Below are positions 44,963 to 53,520 of a stretch of 54,459 nt of DNA, piece after piece. How positions within the stretch are numbered: the first letter of the stretch is position 1; each line of letters begins with the position of its first letter. Made by a program: the position numbers and the translations under genes. The stretch is from NCBI GenBank assembly GCA_035458865.1, contig DATHYZ010000020.1, positions 1 to 54,459 of the forward strand. Reading direction: 5' to 3'. This DNA is from Candidatus Limnocylindrales bacterium (lineage in GTDB: Bacteria; Chloroflexota; Limnocylindria; Limnocylindrales; CSP1-4). The notes beneath the pieces are model-generated. The model worked only from the letters and a program-made list of their open reading frames with translations, did not search any database and was not told where the DNA came from.

Positions 44963-46215
44963 GCCTCCACCTCCGGGTCGTAGGCGAGGCCCGTGGCCGA
45001 GCCGAGCCCGCCGCCGAGGACGAACGTCTCGGTGGCCCCGGCCGCGGCCGAAGCGGCGGCAGCCGCCTCCATCGGGCGGCCGACCCTTCGCGCCTCGATC
45101 GCCGCGTCGGAGCAGACGGGGCAGGCGGGATCGCGCCTGAGCTTCAGCTCGGTGAACGAGGCGTCGAGGGCGTCGAAGAGCAGCAGTCGCCCCGCCAGCG
45201 AGTCGCCGAGGCCCAGGATCAGCTTGAGCACCTCGTTCGCCTGGAGCATGCCCATGATCCCGGGAACGACGCCCAGGACCCCGGCGACCGAGCAGCCCGG
45301 GGCGAGCTCCGGTGGCGGCGGGGTCGGATAGAGGCACCGGTAGCAGGGGCCCTCGAAGGGCTTGAAGACCGTCAGCTGGCCCTCGAACCGGAAGACCGAG
45401 GCGTGAACGACCGGGATGCGCTTGGCGACCGCGGCGTCGTTGAGGAGGTAGCGGGTCTCGAAGGTGTCGGTGCCGTCGAGGATCACGTCGTACCCGTCGA
45501 TGATCCGCTCGACGTTGTCGGCGACGAGCATCTCCTCGTGGCCTACGACGGTCACCTCGGGATTGAGGGCGTTGATCGTCAGGCGGGCCGACTCGACCTT
45601 CTGGGTCCCGACCCGGTCGGTCGTATGGAGGATCTGGCGCTGGAGGTTCGAGACGTCGACGACGTCGAAGTCGACGATGCCGATCGTCCCGACGCCGGCG
45701 GCCGCCAGGTAGAGGGCTGCCGGAGAGCCCAGACCCCCTGCGCCGACGAGGAGGACCTTCGCGTCGATCAGCCTGCCCTGGCCCTCGAGGCCGACCTCCG
45801 GGATGAGGAGGTGGCGGCTGTAGCGGCGCTTCTGGGCGTCGGACAGGATCCGCGGCACGTCCCAGTCCAGGCCCTGGGCCTTCCACGACTGGAAGCCTCC
45901 GGCCATGGAGGCGACGTTGGTGTAGCCCAGCTCCTGGAGGATCTGGCCGGCGAAGAGGGACCGGATACCGCCGGCGCAGTAGATGACGATCGGGCGGTCG
46001 CGGTCCGGGATGGCGCCCTCGATGTCCTGCTCGAGGTAGCTCTTGGAGACGTGGAGGGCGCCGACGGCGTGGCCGGCCTCCCACTCGAGCTCCTCGCGCA
46101 CGTCGAGCAGGACGGTCCGGGGGTCGGCGGACCGGGCCGCGTCGGCCTCGCTCGCACTGACCTCGCGGACCTGCTCGCGCGCCTCGCGGAGGAGATCGGC
46201 GTATGACTTGGGCAT
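44959..46215 (-). CDS. Rhodanese / ThiF-MoeB-type adenylyltransferase-sulfurtransferase (MoeZ-like, with rhodanese domain N-terminal)
   Basis: aa ~20-125 form a rhodanese domain with active-site loop IVIYCAGGIRS. aa ~135-380 form a ThiF/MoeB domain (VLLVGAGGLGSPAALYLAAAGVG, DVSNLQRQ, CYRC...CPVC zinc motif). Confidence 0.88.
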   Translation of the reverse strand: MPKSYADLLREAREQVREVSASEADAARSADPRTVLLDVREELEWEAGHAVGALHVSKSYLEQDIEGAIPDRDRPIVIYCAGGIRSLFAGQILQELGYTNVASMAGGFQSWKAQGLDWDVPRILSDAQKRRYSRHLLIPEVGLEGQGRLIDAKVLLVGAGGLGSPAALYLAAAGVGTIGIVDFDVVDVSNLQRQILHTTDRVGTQKVESARLTINALNPEVTVVGHEEMLVADNVERIIDGYDVILDGTDTFETRYLLNDAAVAKRIPVVHASVFRFEGQLTVFKPFEGPCYRCLYPTPPPPELAPGCSVAGVLGVVPGIMGMLQANEVLKLILGLGDSLAGRLLLFDALDASFTELKLRRDPACPVCSDAAIEARRVGRPMEAAAAASAAAGATETFVLGGGLGSATGLAYDPEVEA

Positions 46216-46419
46216 CTGGCTGGTGGCTCCGATGGGACGACGGGCTGCCGTGGTGACGGCAGGGCGGTGGTCTGGTGTCGGGCTCGTCAGGTCCGTCCGA
46301 TGAGGGTTCGGCCGGGAGCGGGGCCCGGTTTCCTGGTGCCGGTCGCTGTCACGGCGGGACGGACCCGTCGGATCAGCGATCCGGCTGCTGACACCTGCAG
46401 CGGCCCGGGGCGGTCATCG

Positions 46420-46848
46420 TCAGGCTCCCCGTTCGGCCGGCGCGGCCTCGGACGCCGGGCCGGCGGCGTCGGCGGTCACGGCGCCGACCTCCACGAGCGC
46501 CTTCTGAAGGGTGTCGTGGCTGAGCATGGCGCACTTGAGGCGGGCCGGGCTGATGTCGATGCCCAGGAGGTCGAGCAGGTCGTCGGCCCGGAAGTCGGCC
46601 ACGTCGGCGACCGGCTTGCCCTTGATCTCGTCGGTCAGCAGCGAGGCGCTCGCCTGGCTGATGGCGCAACCCCGTCCCGTGAAGGCGACCTGGTCGACGA
46701 CCCCGTCGGTCACGTGAAGCTGGAGGGTGATCCGGTCGCCGCAGAGCGGGTTGTTGCCCTCGATGCTGGCAGACGGCTGCTCCAGGACCCCGAAGTTGTG
46801 GGGCCGCCGGTAGTGCTCGAGGATGTAGTCGCGGTAGAGGTCGTCCAC
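46420..46848 (-). CDS. sufU: SufU/IscU-like Fe-S cluster assembly sulfur-transfer protein
   Basis: GTG at 46848 (VDDLYRDYILEHYRRPHNFG). Conserved cysteines in NPLCGD, GRGCAIS and RLKCAML. Confidence 0.85.
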   Translation of the reverse strand: MDDLYRDYILEHYRRPHNFGVLEQPSASIEGNNPLCGDRITLQLHVTDGVVDQVAFTGRGCAISQASASLLTDEIKGKPVADVADFRADDLLDLLGIDISPARLKCAMLSHDTLQKALVEVGAVTADAAGPASEAAPAERGA

Positions 46849-46887
46849 GGTTCCCTTGATGCTCGGGCCCGGCCGACATGGTCGGGC

Positions 46888-46912
46888 AATCCCGACCGAA
46901 TGCGTCGGGATT
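46888..46912. promoter_or_regulatory. Perfect 9-7-9 inverted repeat AATCCCGAC-N7-GTCGGGATT upstream of sufU (candidate Rrf2/IscR-type operator)
   Basis: Lies 40-64 nt upstream of the sufU GTG, in the 70-bp gap after the cyclase-STAND stop. Both half-sites are identical at 53399-53423. An extra GTCGGG half-site lies at 46881-46886. Confidence 0.55.
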
Positions 46913-46918
46913 AGGATG

Positions 46919-49900
46919 CTAGCCCCGGTGGCCGGTGGCGTCAACGGCGGGCGCGGTCGCGCCGGTGGCGTCAACGGCGGCTCGGATCGCACCCGTGGCG
47001 CTCGCTCCCGCGACCGGAGCGGCTGGGGCGACCGGCGGGCCCTCGAGGGCGGCGTCGAGACGGGCCAGCCAGGGCCGTGCCCCGATCCGCTCGAACACGG
47101 CCCGCGCCTCGTCGGCGAGCGTCCGGACGACCGGATCGTCGGCACCGACGAGCATGACGAGCTGGGTCGCCTCGGTGGCTGCCTCGAACGCCTCGCCTCG
47201 CTCCATGAACCGGCCGACGATCTCGCGGTAGACGGCGATCGTCTCGGATCGACGACCCTCGAGGGCCGCGATCCCACCGTGGACTGCGGCACGGAGCAGC
47301 TGGCGACTCCCCCCGCTCCCGGACAAGGCCTCGAACCTGGCCGCGATCTCGCGGGCCCGGTCGAGATCGCCCGACCAGAGGGCCGCCCGGCCCGCCAATC
47401 GGAGGCAGCCCGCGGCGAAGGCCGAGAACAGCTCGACCGCGCCGAGCGCCTCCGCGTAGGCTCGATCGAGATCGCCCGCGTCGAGCAGACGCCCCGTCCG
47501 CATCATGCTCATCGCCTGGAGGTCGCTCGGATCGCTGCTCTCGGCCGTCAGGTCCTCGAGGCGGCGCATGGCGTCGTCCACCTGGTCGCCGCGGTACATC
47601 CGGAGCAGCGTGACGTACGTCAGGATGCGGAGCTCGTCGCTGCTGTCGAGGGCAGCCGCCAGGGCCTCCTCGCCAGCGGCGATCGCCCCCTCCCAGTCGT
47701 CCCCGGCGAACCACGCGGCGACTATCACGTTCGAGACGAGCCAGTTCGCCATCATCCGGTGGCCGACCTTCCGGGCGAGCGCCAGCGCATCGATCGCCAC
47801 CTGGCGTGATCGTCGCGGATCATCGTCGGTCGTGATGGCACCGAGATTGGCCAACGCTCGCAGCTCGGCAGCGACGTGCCCTCCGGCTTGCGCTACCTGG
47901 ACGGCCGCCTCCATCAGCGCAACGGCCTCGCGTCGCCGGCCGAGGTACGAGAGGCTGGCAGCCTTGTTGTTGAACGTCTCGGCGACGATCAGGTCGAGGT
48001 CGAGCCGTTCGGCGATGGCAAGGGCCTGGTCGGCGACCTCGATCGCCCGGACCGTCTCATCGGCCCGCATGAGTGCCCTCGACAGGTTCGAGAGCACCTC
48101 CGCCCGGACCACCGGGTCGGCGTCCTCGGTGAGATCGCCGAGCGTTGCCTCGAGCGCCGTCTTGGCCTCGGCGATGCGCGACGCGTCGAGCAGGATCGAG
48201 CCCTGGAGCGCACGGGCACGAGCGGCCGCCATCCGTTCCCCGGCCGAGTCGTAGGTGGCGACGGCCTTCTCGACGAAGGCCAGCGCGTCGTCGTAGCTCG
48301 AGCCGGCGTCGGCCGACCGCGCCGCTCGGAGCAGGAGCTCGGCTCGGTCGAGCGCCTCTGGCGTGACCTCGAGCGCCTGCTGGAGATGGACGATCGCCTG
48401 CTGGTGAGCGCCGAGCGTGGCCGCCCGCTCAGCGGCGGCCCGCAGCGCGATCCGGGCCTGTGCAGCCACGGCGTCGGCCTCGGCACCCGGACTCGACGCC
48501 CGGTACGCCTCCAGGTAGTGGGAGGCGAGGGCCCCGGCGAACTCCTCGTCGCCGAGCGACTCGTACCAGCGGGCCACGGCGAGGTGGCGCTCCCGGCGAT
48601 CCCGTCGGGCCAGCGTCCCGTAGGCGACCTCCCGGATGAGGGACTGGACGAAGGCGTACTGGCCGCGCTCGGGCGACCGTGGGTCAGCCTCGAGCGAGAG
48701 CAGCTCCCGACGGACGAGGGTCGTGAGCCGGGGCTCGAGGTCGGGAACGGCCTCGCCGGTGGTGGCGGCAAGCCCGTCCAGGGTGAACGTCTGGCCCAGG
48801 ACCGAGGCGGTGGCCACGACGGCGTGATCCGCGGCATCGAGGGCGTCGAGCCGAGACGCGATCAGCGACCGCAGCGTGTCCGGGATCGTGAGCCTCGTCA
48901 GGTCCCCGACCGGCCGGTAGGCACCATCGACCATCGCCAGACGCCCATCGGCGACGAGGGAGCGGACCGTCTCGACCGCGTAGAGCGGGATCCCGTCGGC
49001 GCGGTCGAGGATCGCCTCGACCGCCGGCTCCGGGAGGCCCGGGACGAAGCCATCGAGGAGCTCGTGCATCGCCTCGTGCGTCAGCGGCTCGAGCGCCAGG
49101 GTCGTCAGGTTGCGCGCCGCCGAACCCCACCCGGATCGACGGTCGAACAGCTCGGGACGGGCGAGGGTCACGACGAGGATCGGCGCGTTCCGCGACCACG
49201 CCAGCAGGTGTTCGATGAAGTCCAGGAGACCCGAATCCGCCCACTGGAGGTCCTCGAACAGGAGGATCGTCGTGCCCTGGTCGGCGATCCGCTCGAAGAG
49301 GATCCGCCACGCGGCGAAGAGGACGTCGCGGCCTCCGGCAGGCGCCGGCTCCAGGCCCAGGAGGGTGAGCAGCGCCGGCTCGACCCAGCGCCGGTCCTCG
49401 GCGGCCGGGACCCACTCGGCCACCGTGGCGGCGATCCGCTCGCGCGTCGTGGCCTCGTCGTCGGTCTCGGCGAGGCCCGCTCGCCGGCGGACCATCTCGC
49501 CGAGGGCCCAGAAGCTGATCCCCTCGCCGTACGACGGTGAGCGACCGCGATGCCAGTAGACGTCGTCGACCAGGCCGTCGATGTACTTCTCGAACTCCCA
49601 GGCGAGCCGGCTCTTGCCGATGCCGCCCGGGCCGGTGATGGAGACCAGGCGGATCCGGTGGTCACGACCGACCGCCGTCATGGCGTCCTTGAGGACGCGG
49701 AGCTCCTCGTCCCGTCCGACGAATGGCGGTTCGGGAAGATCGGAGCGGCCGCGACCGCCGCGTTCAGCGACGACGCGGAGCGCTCGCCAGGCCGGGACGG
49801 GCGCGGTCTTGCCCTTCAGGAGCTGCTCGCCGGCCGGCTCGAAGGCGATCGCCGAGCTCGCCGCCCGTTGGGTCGCCTCGCCGGCGAGGACCGTCCCCGG

Positions 49901-50521
49901 CGGGGCGACCGACTGGAGACGGGCGGCAGTGTTGACGAGGTCGCCCGCGACCATCCCCTGGTTCGTCGCGCCGACCGTCACCGCCGCCTCGCCGGTCAGG
50001 ACCCCGCAGCGAGCCTGGATCGTCGGCCCCAACGTGCGGACTGCGTCGGCCAGCTCGAGGGCCGCCCGGACGGCGCGCTCGGCATCGTCCTCCCGGGCGA
50101 CCGGGGCGCCCCAGACCGCCATGACCGCGTCGCCGATGAACTTCTCGACCGTGCCGCCGTAGCGCTCGATGACGTCACGGGCGAGATCGAAGTAGCGCGA
50201 CAGGAGCTCGCGGACCTCCTCCGGGTCCCGCTCCTCGGCGAACGGCGTGAAGCCGACCAGGTCGGCGAAGAGGACCGAGACGAGGCGGCGCTCGGCGACC
50301 GGGGAGGATGCGCCGGGCATCCCGGGCTGCCCACCACCCGCGAACCTCGGCGGGGTGGGCGCGGGCGCCCCCGGCAGCGGCGTCGCGCACTCGCCGCAGA
50401 ACTTCTCGCCGGGCTGATTGGAGGCGCCGCAGCTCGGACAGGCGACGGCGAGCGGCGCGGCGCACTCCGAGCAGAACTTGCGCCCCTCGCGGTTCTCCGT
50501 CCCGCAGCTGCCACAGATCAT
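46919..50521 (-). CDS. Double zinc-ribbon / class III adenylate-guanylate cyclase / AAA(STAND-like) ATPase / TPR-like repeat protein (paralog of 30176..33745)
   Basis: 1200 aa. Zinc ribbon CGSCG..CSEC..CPSCG..CGEC. Cyclase domain (RRLVSVLFADLVGFT, KFIGDAVMA, GDLVNTAARLQ). P-loop GPGGIGKSRLAWE and ILLFEDLQWAD. Helical repeat C-terminal half. GGGAGGG upstream. Confidence 0.85.
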   Translation of the reverse strand: MICGSCGTENREGRKFCSECAAPLAVACPSCGASNQPGEKFCGECATPLPGAPAPTPPRFAGGGQPGMPGASSPVAERRLVSVLFADLVGFTPFAEERDPEEVRELLSRYFDLARDVIERYGGTVEKFIGDAVMAVWGAPVAREDDAERAVRAALELADAVRTLGPTIQARCGVLTGEAAVTVGATNQGMVAGDLVNTAARLQSVAPPGTVLAGEATQRAASSAIAFEPAGEQLLKGKTAPVPAWRALRVVAERGGRGRSDLPEPPFVGRDEELRVLKDAMTAVGRDHRIRLVSITGPGGIGKSRLAWEFEKYIDGLVDDVYWHRGRSPSYGEGISFWALGEMVRRRAGLAETDDEATTRERIAATVAEWVPAAEDRRWVEPALLTLLGLEPAPAGGRDVLFAAWRILFERIADQGTTILLFEDLQWADSGLLDFIEHLLAWSRNAPILVVTLARPELFDRRSGWGSAARNLTTLALEPLTHEAMHELLDGFVPGLPEPAVEAILDRADGIPLYAVETVRSLVADGRLAMVDGAYRPVGDLTRLTIPDTLRSLIASRLDALDAADHAVVATASVLGQTFTLDGLAATTGEAVPDLEPRLTTLVRRELLSLEADPRSPERGQYAFVQSLIREVAYGTLARRDRRERHLAVARWYESLGDEEFAGALASHYLEAYRASSPGAEADAVAAQARIALRAAAERAATLGAHQQAIVHLQQALEVTPEALDRAELLLRAARSADAGSSYDDALAFVEKAVATYDSAGERMAAARARALQGSILLDASRIAEAKTALEATLGDLTEDADPVVRAEVLSNLSRALMRADETVRAIEVADQALAIAERLDLDLIVAETFNNKAASLSYLGRRREAVALMEAAVQVAQAGGHVAAELRALANLGAITTDDDPRRSRQVAIDALALARKVGHRMMANWLVSNVIVAAWFAGDDWEGAIAAGEEALAAALDSSDELRILTYVTLLRMYRGDQVDDAMRRLEDLTAESSDPSDLQAMSMMRTGRLLDAGDLDRAYAEALGAVELFSAFAAGCLRLAGRAALWSGDLDRAREIAARFEALSGSGGSRQLLRAAVHGGIAALEGRRSETIAVYREIVGRFMERGEAFEAATEATQLVMLVGADDPVVRTLADEARAVFERIGARPWLARLDAALEGPPVAPAAPVAGASATGAIRAAVDATGATAPAVDATGHRG
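46931..46980 (-). repeat. 20-bp direct repeat with 30-bp period in the 3-prime end of the cyclase-STAND gene
   Basis: gccggtggcgtcaacggcgg occurs at 46931-46950 and again at 46961-46980, encoding AVDATG twice in the C-terminal tail. Confidence 0.6.
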
Positions 50522-50602
50522 CCGGGCCCTCCCGTGGAAGTGCGAAGGGTAGCGTCTGACGAGGCGCGGGCCAACCCCGCCCGCCAGCCGAGCGAGTCGG
50601 GT

Positions 50603-51886
50603 CTACCTCGCGAAGAGGCGCTGGACCTCCTTGAGGCCCTCGACGAGGACGTCGACGTCGGCGCGGGTCGAGTAGACGTTGAACGAGGCCCGGGCGGTGG
50701 CCGAGAGATCGAGCCGCTCGTGGAGCGGCATCGTGCAGTGATGACCGGCCCGGATGCAGACGCCCGAGCGGTCGAGGACCTGGGCCACGTCGTGGGGATG
50801 GACGTCGGGGACGTTGAACGGGATGACGCCGCTCCGCAGATCCGGATCGAGGGGGCCATAGATCTCGATGCCCGGGATCTCCCGCGGCAGGACCTCGAGC
50901 GCGTAGGCGACGAGGTCGCGCTCGTGCTCGCGCACGCGGTCCATCCCCACGGCCATGAGGTACTCGGCCGCCGCGCCCAGCCCGATGGCCGCCGCGATGT
51001 CCGGCGTCCCCGCCTCGAACTTCCAGGGGACCTCGTGCCACTCGGATCGGCGGAGGTGGACCTCGCGGATCATCTCCCCGCCGCCCATGAACGGCGGCAT
51101 CGCCTCGAGGAGCTCCCGCCGCGCCCAGAGGGCGCCAGAACCGGTGGGACCGAGCATCTTGTGGCCGCTGAAGACGTAGAAGTCGGCCCCGAGCTCCTGG
51201 ACGTCCACGGCGAGGTGCGGGACGGCCTGGGCACCGTCGACGAGGACGAGGGCGCCCGCCGCGTGGGCCCGGTCGACGATCTCCCGGACCGGGTTGATCG
51301 TGCCGAGGGTGTTGCTGACCTGGACGAAGGCCACCAGCTTGGGCTTGAGCCGCAGCAGGACGTCGAGGACGTCGAGCCGCAGGATCCCGTCGTCGGTCAT
51401 CGGGATGAACTCGAGGTCGCCGTCCTGCTCCTGGACAAGGAGCTGCCACGGGACGAGGTTCGCGTGGTGCTCCATCTCGGTCAGGACGATGGCATCGCCG
51501 CGGCGGATGTTCCGGCGACCCCAGCTGTGCGCCACCAGGTTCACGGCCTCGGTCGCGTTGCGGACCCAGACGACCTCGCGCGGATCGGGGGCGTTGATGA
51601 AGCGGGCCACCGACGCCCTGGCCGCCTCGTATGCGGCCGTGGCCCGCTCGCCGATGGAGTAGATCCCGCGATGGACGTTCGCGTTGTACTCGCGGTAGTA
51701 GGTGTCCATCGCCTCGATGACGGCCAGGGGCTTCTGGCTGGTCGCGGCGGAGTCGAGGTAGACGAGCGGCCGACCGTGGGCCGTCGTCGAGAGGATCGGG
51801 AAGTCGGCCCGCAGGGCGTCCGGGTCGAGCCGGCCGGCGGCGGGCGCAGCGGGCGCAGGGTTCGTGGCTCGGGCCCCGAGGGTCAT
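50603..51886 (-). CDS. sufS: Cysteine desulfurase, SufS-type (class V aminotransferase, group II)
   Basis: 427 aa. Motifs: FPIL...VYLDSAATSQKP, NANVHRGIY, PLP-lysine region FSGHKMLGPTG, active-site loop IRAGHHCTMPL. Confidence 0.92.
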   Translation of the reverse strand: MTLGARATNPAPAAPAAGRLDPDALRADFPILSTTAHGRPLVYLDSAATSQKPLAVIEAMDTYYREYNANVHRGIYSIGERATAAYEAARASVARFINAPDPREVVWVRNATEAVNLVAHSWGRRNIRRGDAIVLTEMEHHANLVPWQLLVQEQDGDLEFIPMTDDGILRLDVLDVLLRLKPKLVAFVQVSNTLGTINPVREIVDRAHAAGALVLVDGAQAVPHLAVDVQELGADFYVFSGHKMLGPTGSGALWARRELLEAMPPFMGGGEMIREVHLRRSEWHEVPWKFEAGTPDIAAAIGLGAAAEYLMAVGMDRVREHERDLVAYALEVLPREIPGIEIYGPLDPDLRSGVIPFNVPDVHPHDVAQVLDRSGVCIRAGHHCTMPLHERLDLSATARASFNVYSTRADVDVLVEGLKEVQRLFAR

Positions 51887-51917
51887 GGGGGGCTAGCCTG
51901 GCGCGCCGGTCCGGCCG

Positions 51918-52790
51918 TCAATGGGCCACCTCGGCCGGCTCTGGCGCGTGGGCCGCCAGGGCGTCGTCCGGGACGTCGATCGAGAGGCCGTTCTCCCGGA
52001 GGATCGGACCGTAGCCCTCCTCCTCGAGCCGCAGCGCGAGGTCCCGGCCGCCGCTCGTCACGATCCGGCCCTGGGCCAGGACATGGACGACGTCCGGCTT
52101 GATGTGGCTGAGCAGGCGCTGGTAGTGGGTGATGAGCAGGACGCCCATGTCCGGGTTGAGCATCGCGTTGACGCTCTCGGCGACGATGCGCAGGGCGTCG
52201 ATGTCGAGGCCGGAGTCGGTCTCGTCGAGGATGGCCATCTCCGGCTCCAGGACGGCCATCTGGAGCATCTCCAGGCGCTTCTTCTCGCCGCCCGAGAAGC
52301 CCTCGTTGACGTACCGCGCGGCGAAGCTCTCGTCCATCTTGAGGAGGGCGAACTTCTCGCGGACCTTGCGCCGGAACTCGCCCATCGTGATGCCGCCGCG
52401 GGTCGGGTCGGTCGGGTCGACGTCGGGATCCTTGTCGACCCCCTGGAGCTTGGCGTTGAGCGCCGAGCGCAGGAAGCTGGCGACCGAGAGCCCGGGGATC
52501 GCCGTGGGGTACTGGAAGGCGAGGAAGAGGCCCATCCGGGCGCGCTTGTCAGCCGAGAGGGCCAGGATGTCCGTGCCCTTCCAGAGCACCTCGCCGCCGA
52601 CGATCCGGTACGCGGGGTGGCCCATCAGGGCATAGGCCAGCGTGGTCTTGCCGGAGCCGTTGGGGCCCATGATCGCGTGGACCTCGCCCTTGCGGACGGT
52701 CAGGTCGATGCCCTGGAGGATCTCGCGGTCGGGCGCCCCGGCGGGGGCCACCTTCAGGCCGCGGATGACGAGGTGCTGGTCATTGCTCAC
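51918..52790 (-). CDS. sufC: Fe-S cluster assembly ATPase SufC
   Basis: GTG at 52790 (VSNDQHLVIRGLKV). Walker A GPNGSGKTTL, FLAFQYP, NEGFSGGEKKR, Walker B AILDETDSGLDIDAL, ITHY. Confidence 0.9.
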   Translation of the reverse strand: MSNDQHLVIRGLKVAPAGAPDREILQGIDLTVRKGEVHAIMGPNGSGKTTLAYALMGHPAYRIVGGEVLWKGTDILALSADKRARMGLFLAFQYPTAIPGLSVASFLRSALNAKLQGVDKDPDVDPTDPTRGGITMGEFRRKVREKFALLKMDESFAARYVNEGFSGGEKKRLEMLQMAVLEPEMAILDETDSGLDIDALRIVAESVNAMLNPDMGVLLITHYQRLLSHIKPDVVHVLAQGRIVTSGGRDLALRLEEEGYGPILRENGLSIDVPDDALAAHAPEPAEVAH

Positions 52791-52819
52791 GATCGGTGGG
52801 TTCTCCTGGTGGTGGGGCG

Positions 52820-53353
52820 TCAGGCGGTGACCGCCTCGCGGGGGGTGTTCGGATCGTGGCCGTTGCCGGACGTCCGGCCGGCCAGGCCCTCCAGCGCGAT
52901 CGTCCGGGACGGGACGAGGTCGGCGAGAGTGATGGCGTCGAGGGTGTCGGTGATGGCGTCGCGGATCCGGAGCCAGAGGAGGTTCACCGTGCAGCGCGAC
53001 GTCCGGTCGCAGCCCGGCAGGTGCTCCGGCTCCTCGGACGCGCAGACCATCGGCGCGATCGGGCCCTCCAGGGCCCGGAGGATGTCCGCCATCGGGATCT
53101 CGACCGGGGGCCGCGATAGTTCGTAGCCACCACGGGCGCCACGCGTGCTGACGACCAGGTCGGCGTCGCGGAGGGCGATGGCGAGCTGCTCCAGGTACGG
53201 CCGAGGGAGGTCCTCGTCGGCGGCGATCTCGGCGAGAGACGCCGGACCCGACCCGTAGCGCCGGCCCAGCTGCACCATCAGCCGCACGCCGTACTCGCCT
53301 TTCGTGCTGAAGGCGAGGGCGCCCGTGCCATGGAACGTCTGGCGCTGGCTCAA
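52820..53353 (-). CDS. Rrf2-family transcriptional regulator with three-cysteine cluster (IscR-like)
   Basis: TTG start preceded by GAGGAGG. Winged helix STKGEYGVRLMVQLG...ASLAEIAADEDLPRPYLEQLAIALRDADLVVSTRGARGGYEL. Cys-x10-Cys-x5-Cys cluster (MVCASEEPEHLPGCDRTSRC). Lies 29 nt upstream of sufC. Confidence 0.88.
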   Translation of the reverse strand: MSQRQTFHGTGALAFSTKGEYGVRLMVQLGRRYGSGPASLAEIAADEDLPRPYLEQLAIALRDADLVVSTRGARGGYELSRPPVEIPMADILRALEGPIAPMVCASEEPEHLPGCDRTSRCTVNLLWLRIRDAITDTLDAITLADLVPSRTIALEGLAGRTSGNGHDPNTPREAVTA

Positions 53354-53398
53354 GAGGGGGGCCTCCTCGAGGTGGGGACCGTCGACGGGTCGTCGCGT

Positions 53399-53423
53399 AA
53401 TCCCGACGGATCTTGTCGGGATT
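53399..53423. promoter_or_regulatory. Perfect 9-7-9 inverted repeat AATCCCGAC-N7-GTCGGGATT upstream of the Rrf2 regulator gene (candidate autoregulatory operator)
   Basis: Lies 46-70 nt upstream of the TTG start at 53353, in the divergent region shared with the ECF sigma gene. Both half-sites are identical at 46888-46912. Confidence 0.55.
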
Positions 53424-53520
53424 GAGTCTAGGCCTCGGGCCGGAGGGCGTCAATCGAGCGCCGCCCGAGTGACGACCGACCTCGCTGAGGCCTGCCACAC
53501 GAGCTGCGGTCCGGGCCAGA

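Noticed and set aside
30176-50521. The two inverted cyclase-STAND paralogs as ends of a composite mobile element or genomic island
   Set aside because: The copies are diverged at protein level (about half identical by eye) and I saw no nucleotide-identical terminal repeats. There is no transposase, integrase or tRNA. The enclosed genes are housekeeping (IDH, purK, ECF transporter, cysteine synthesis).
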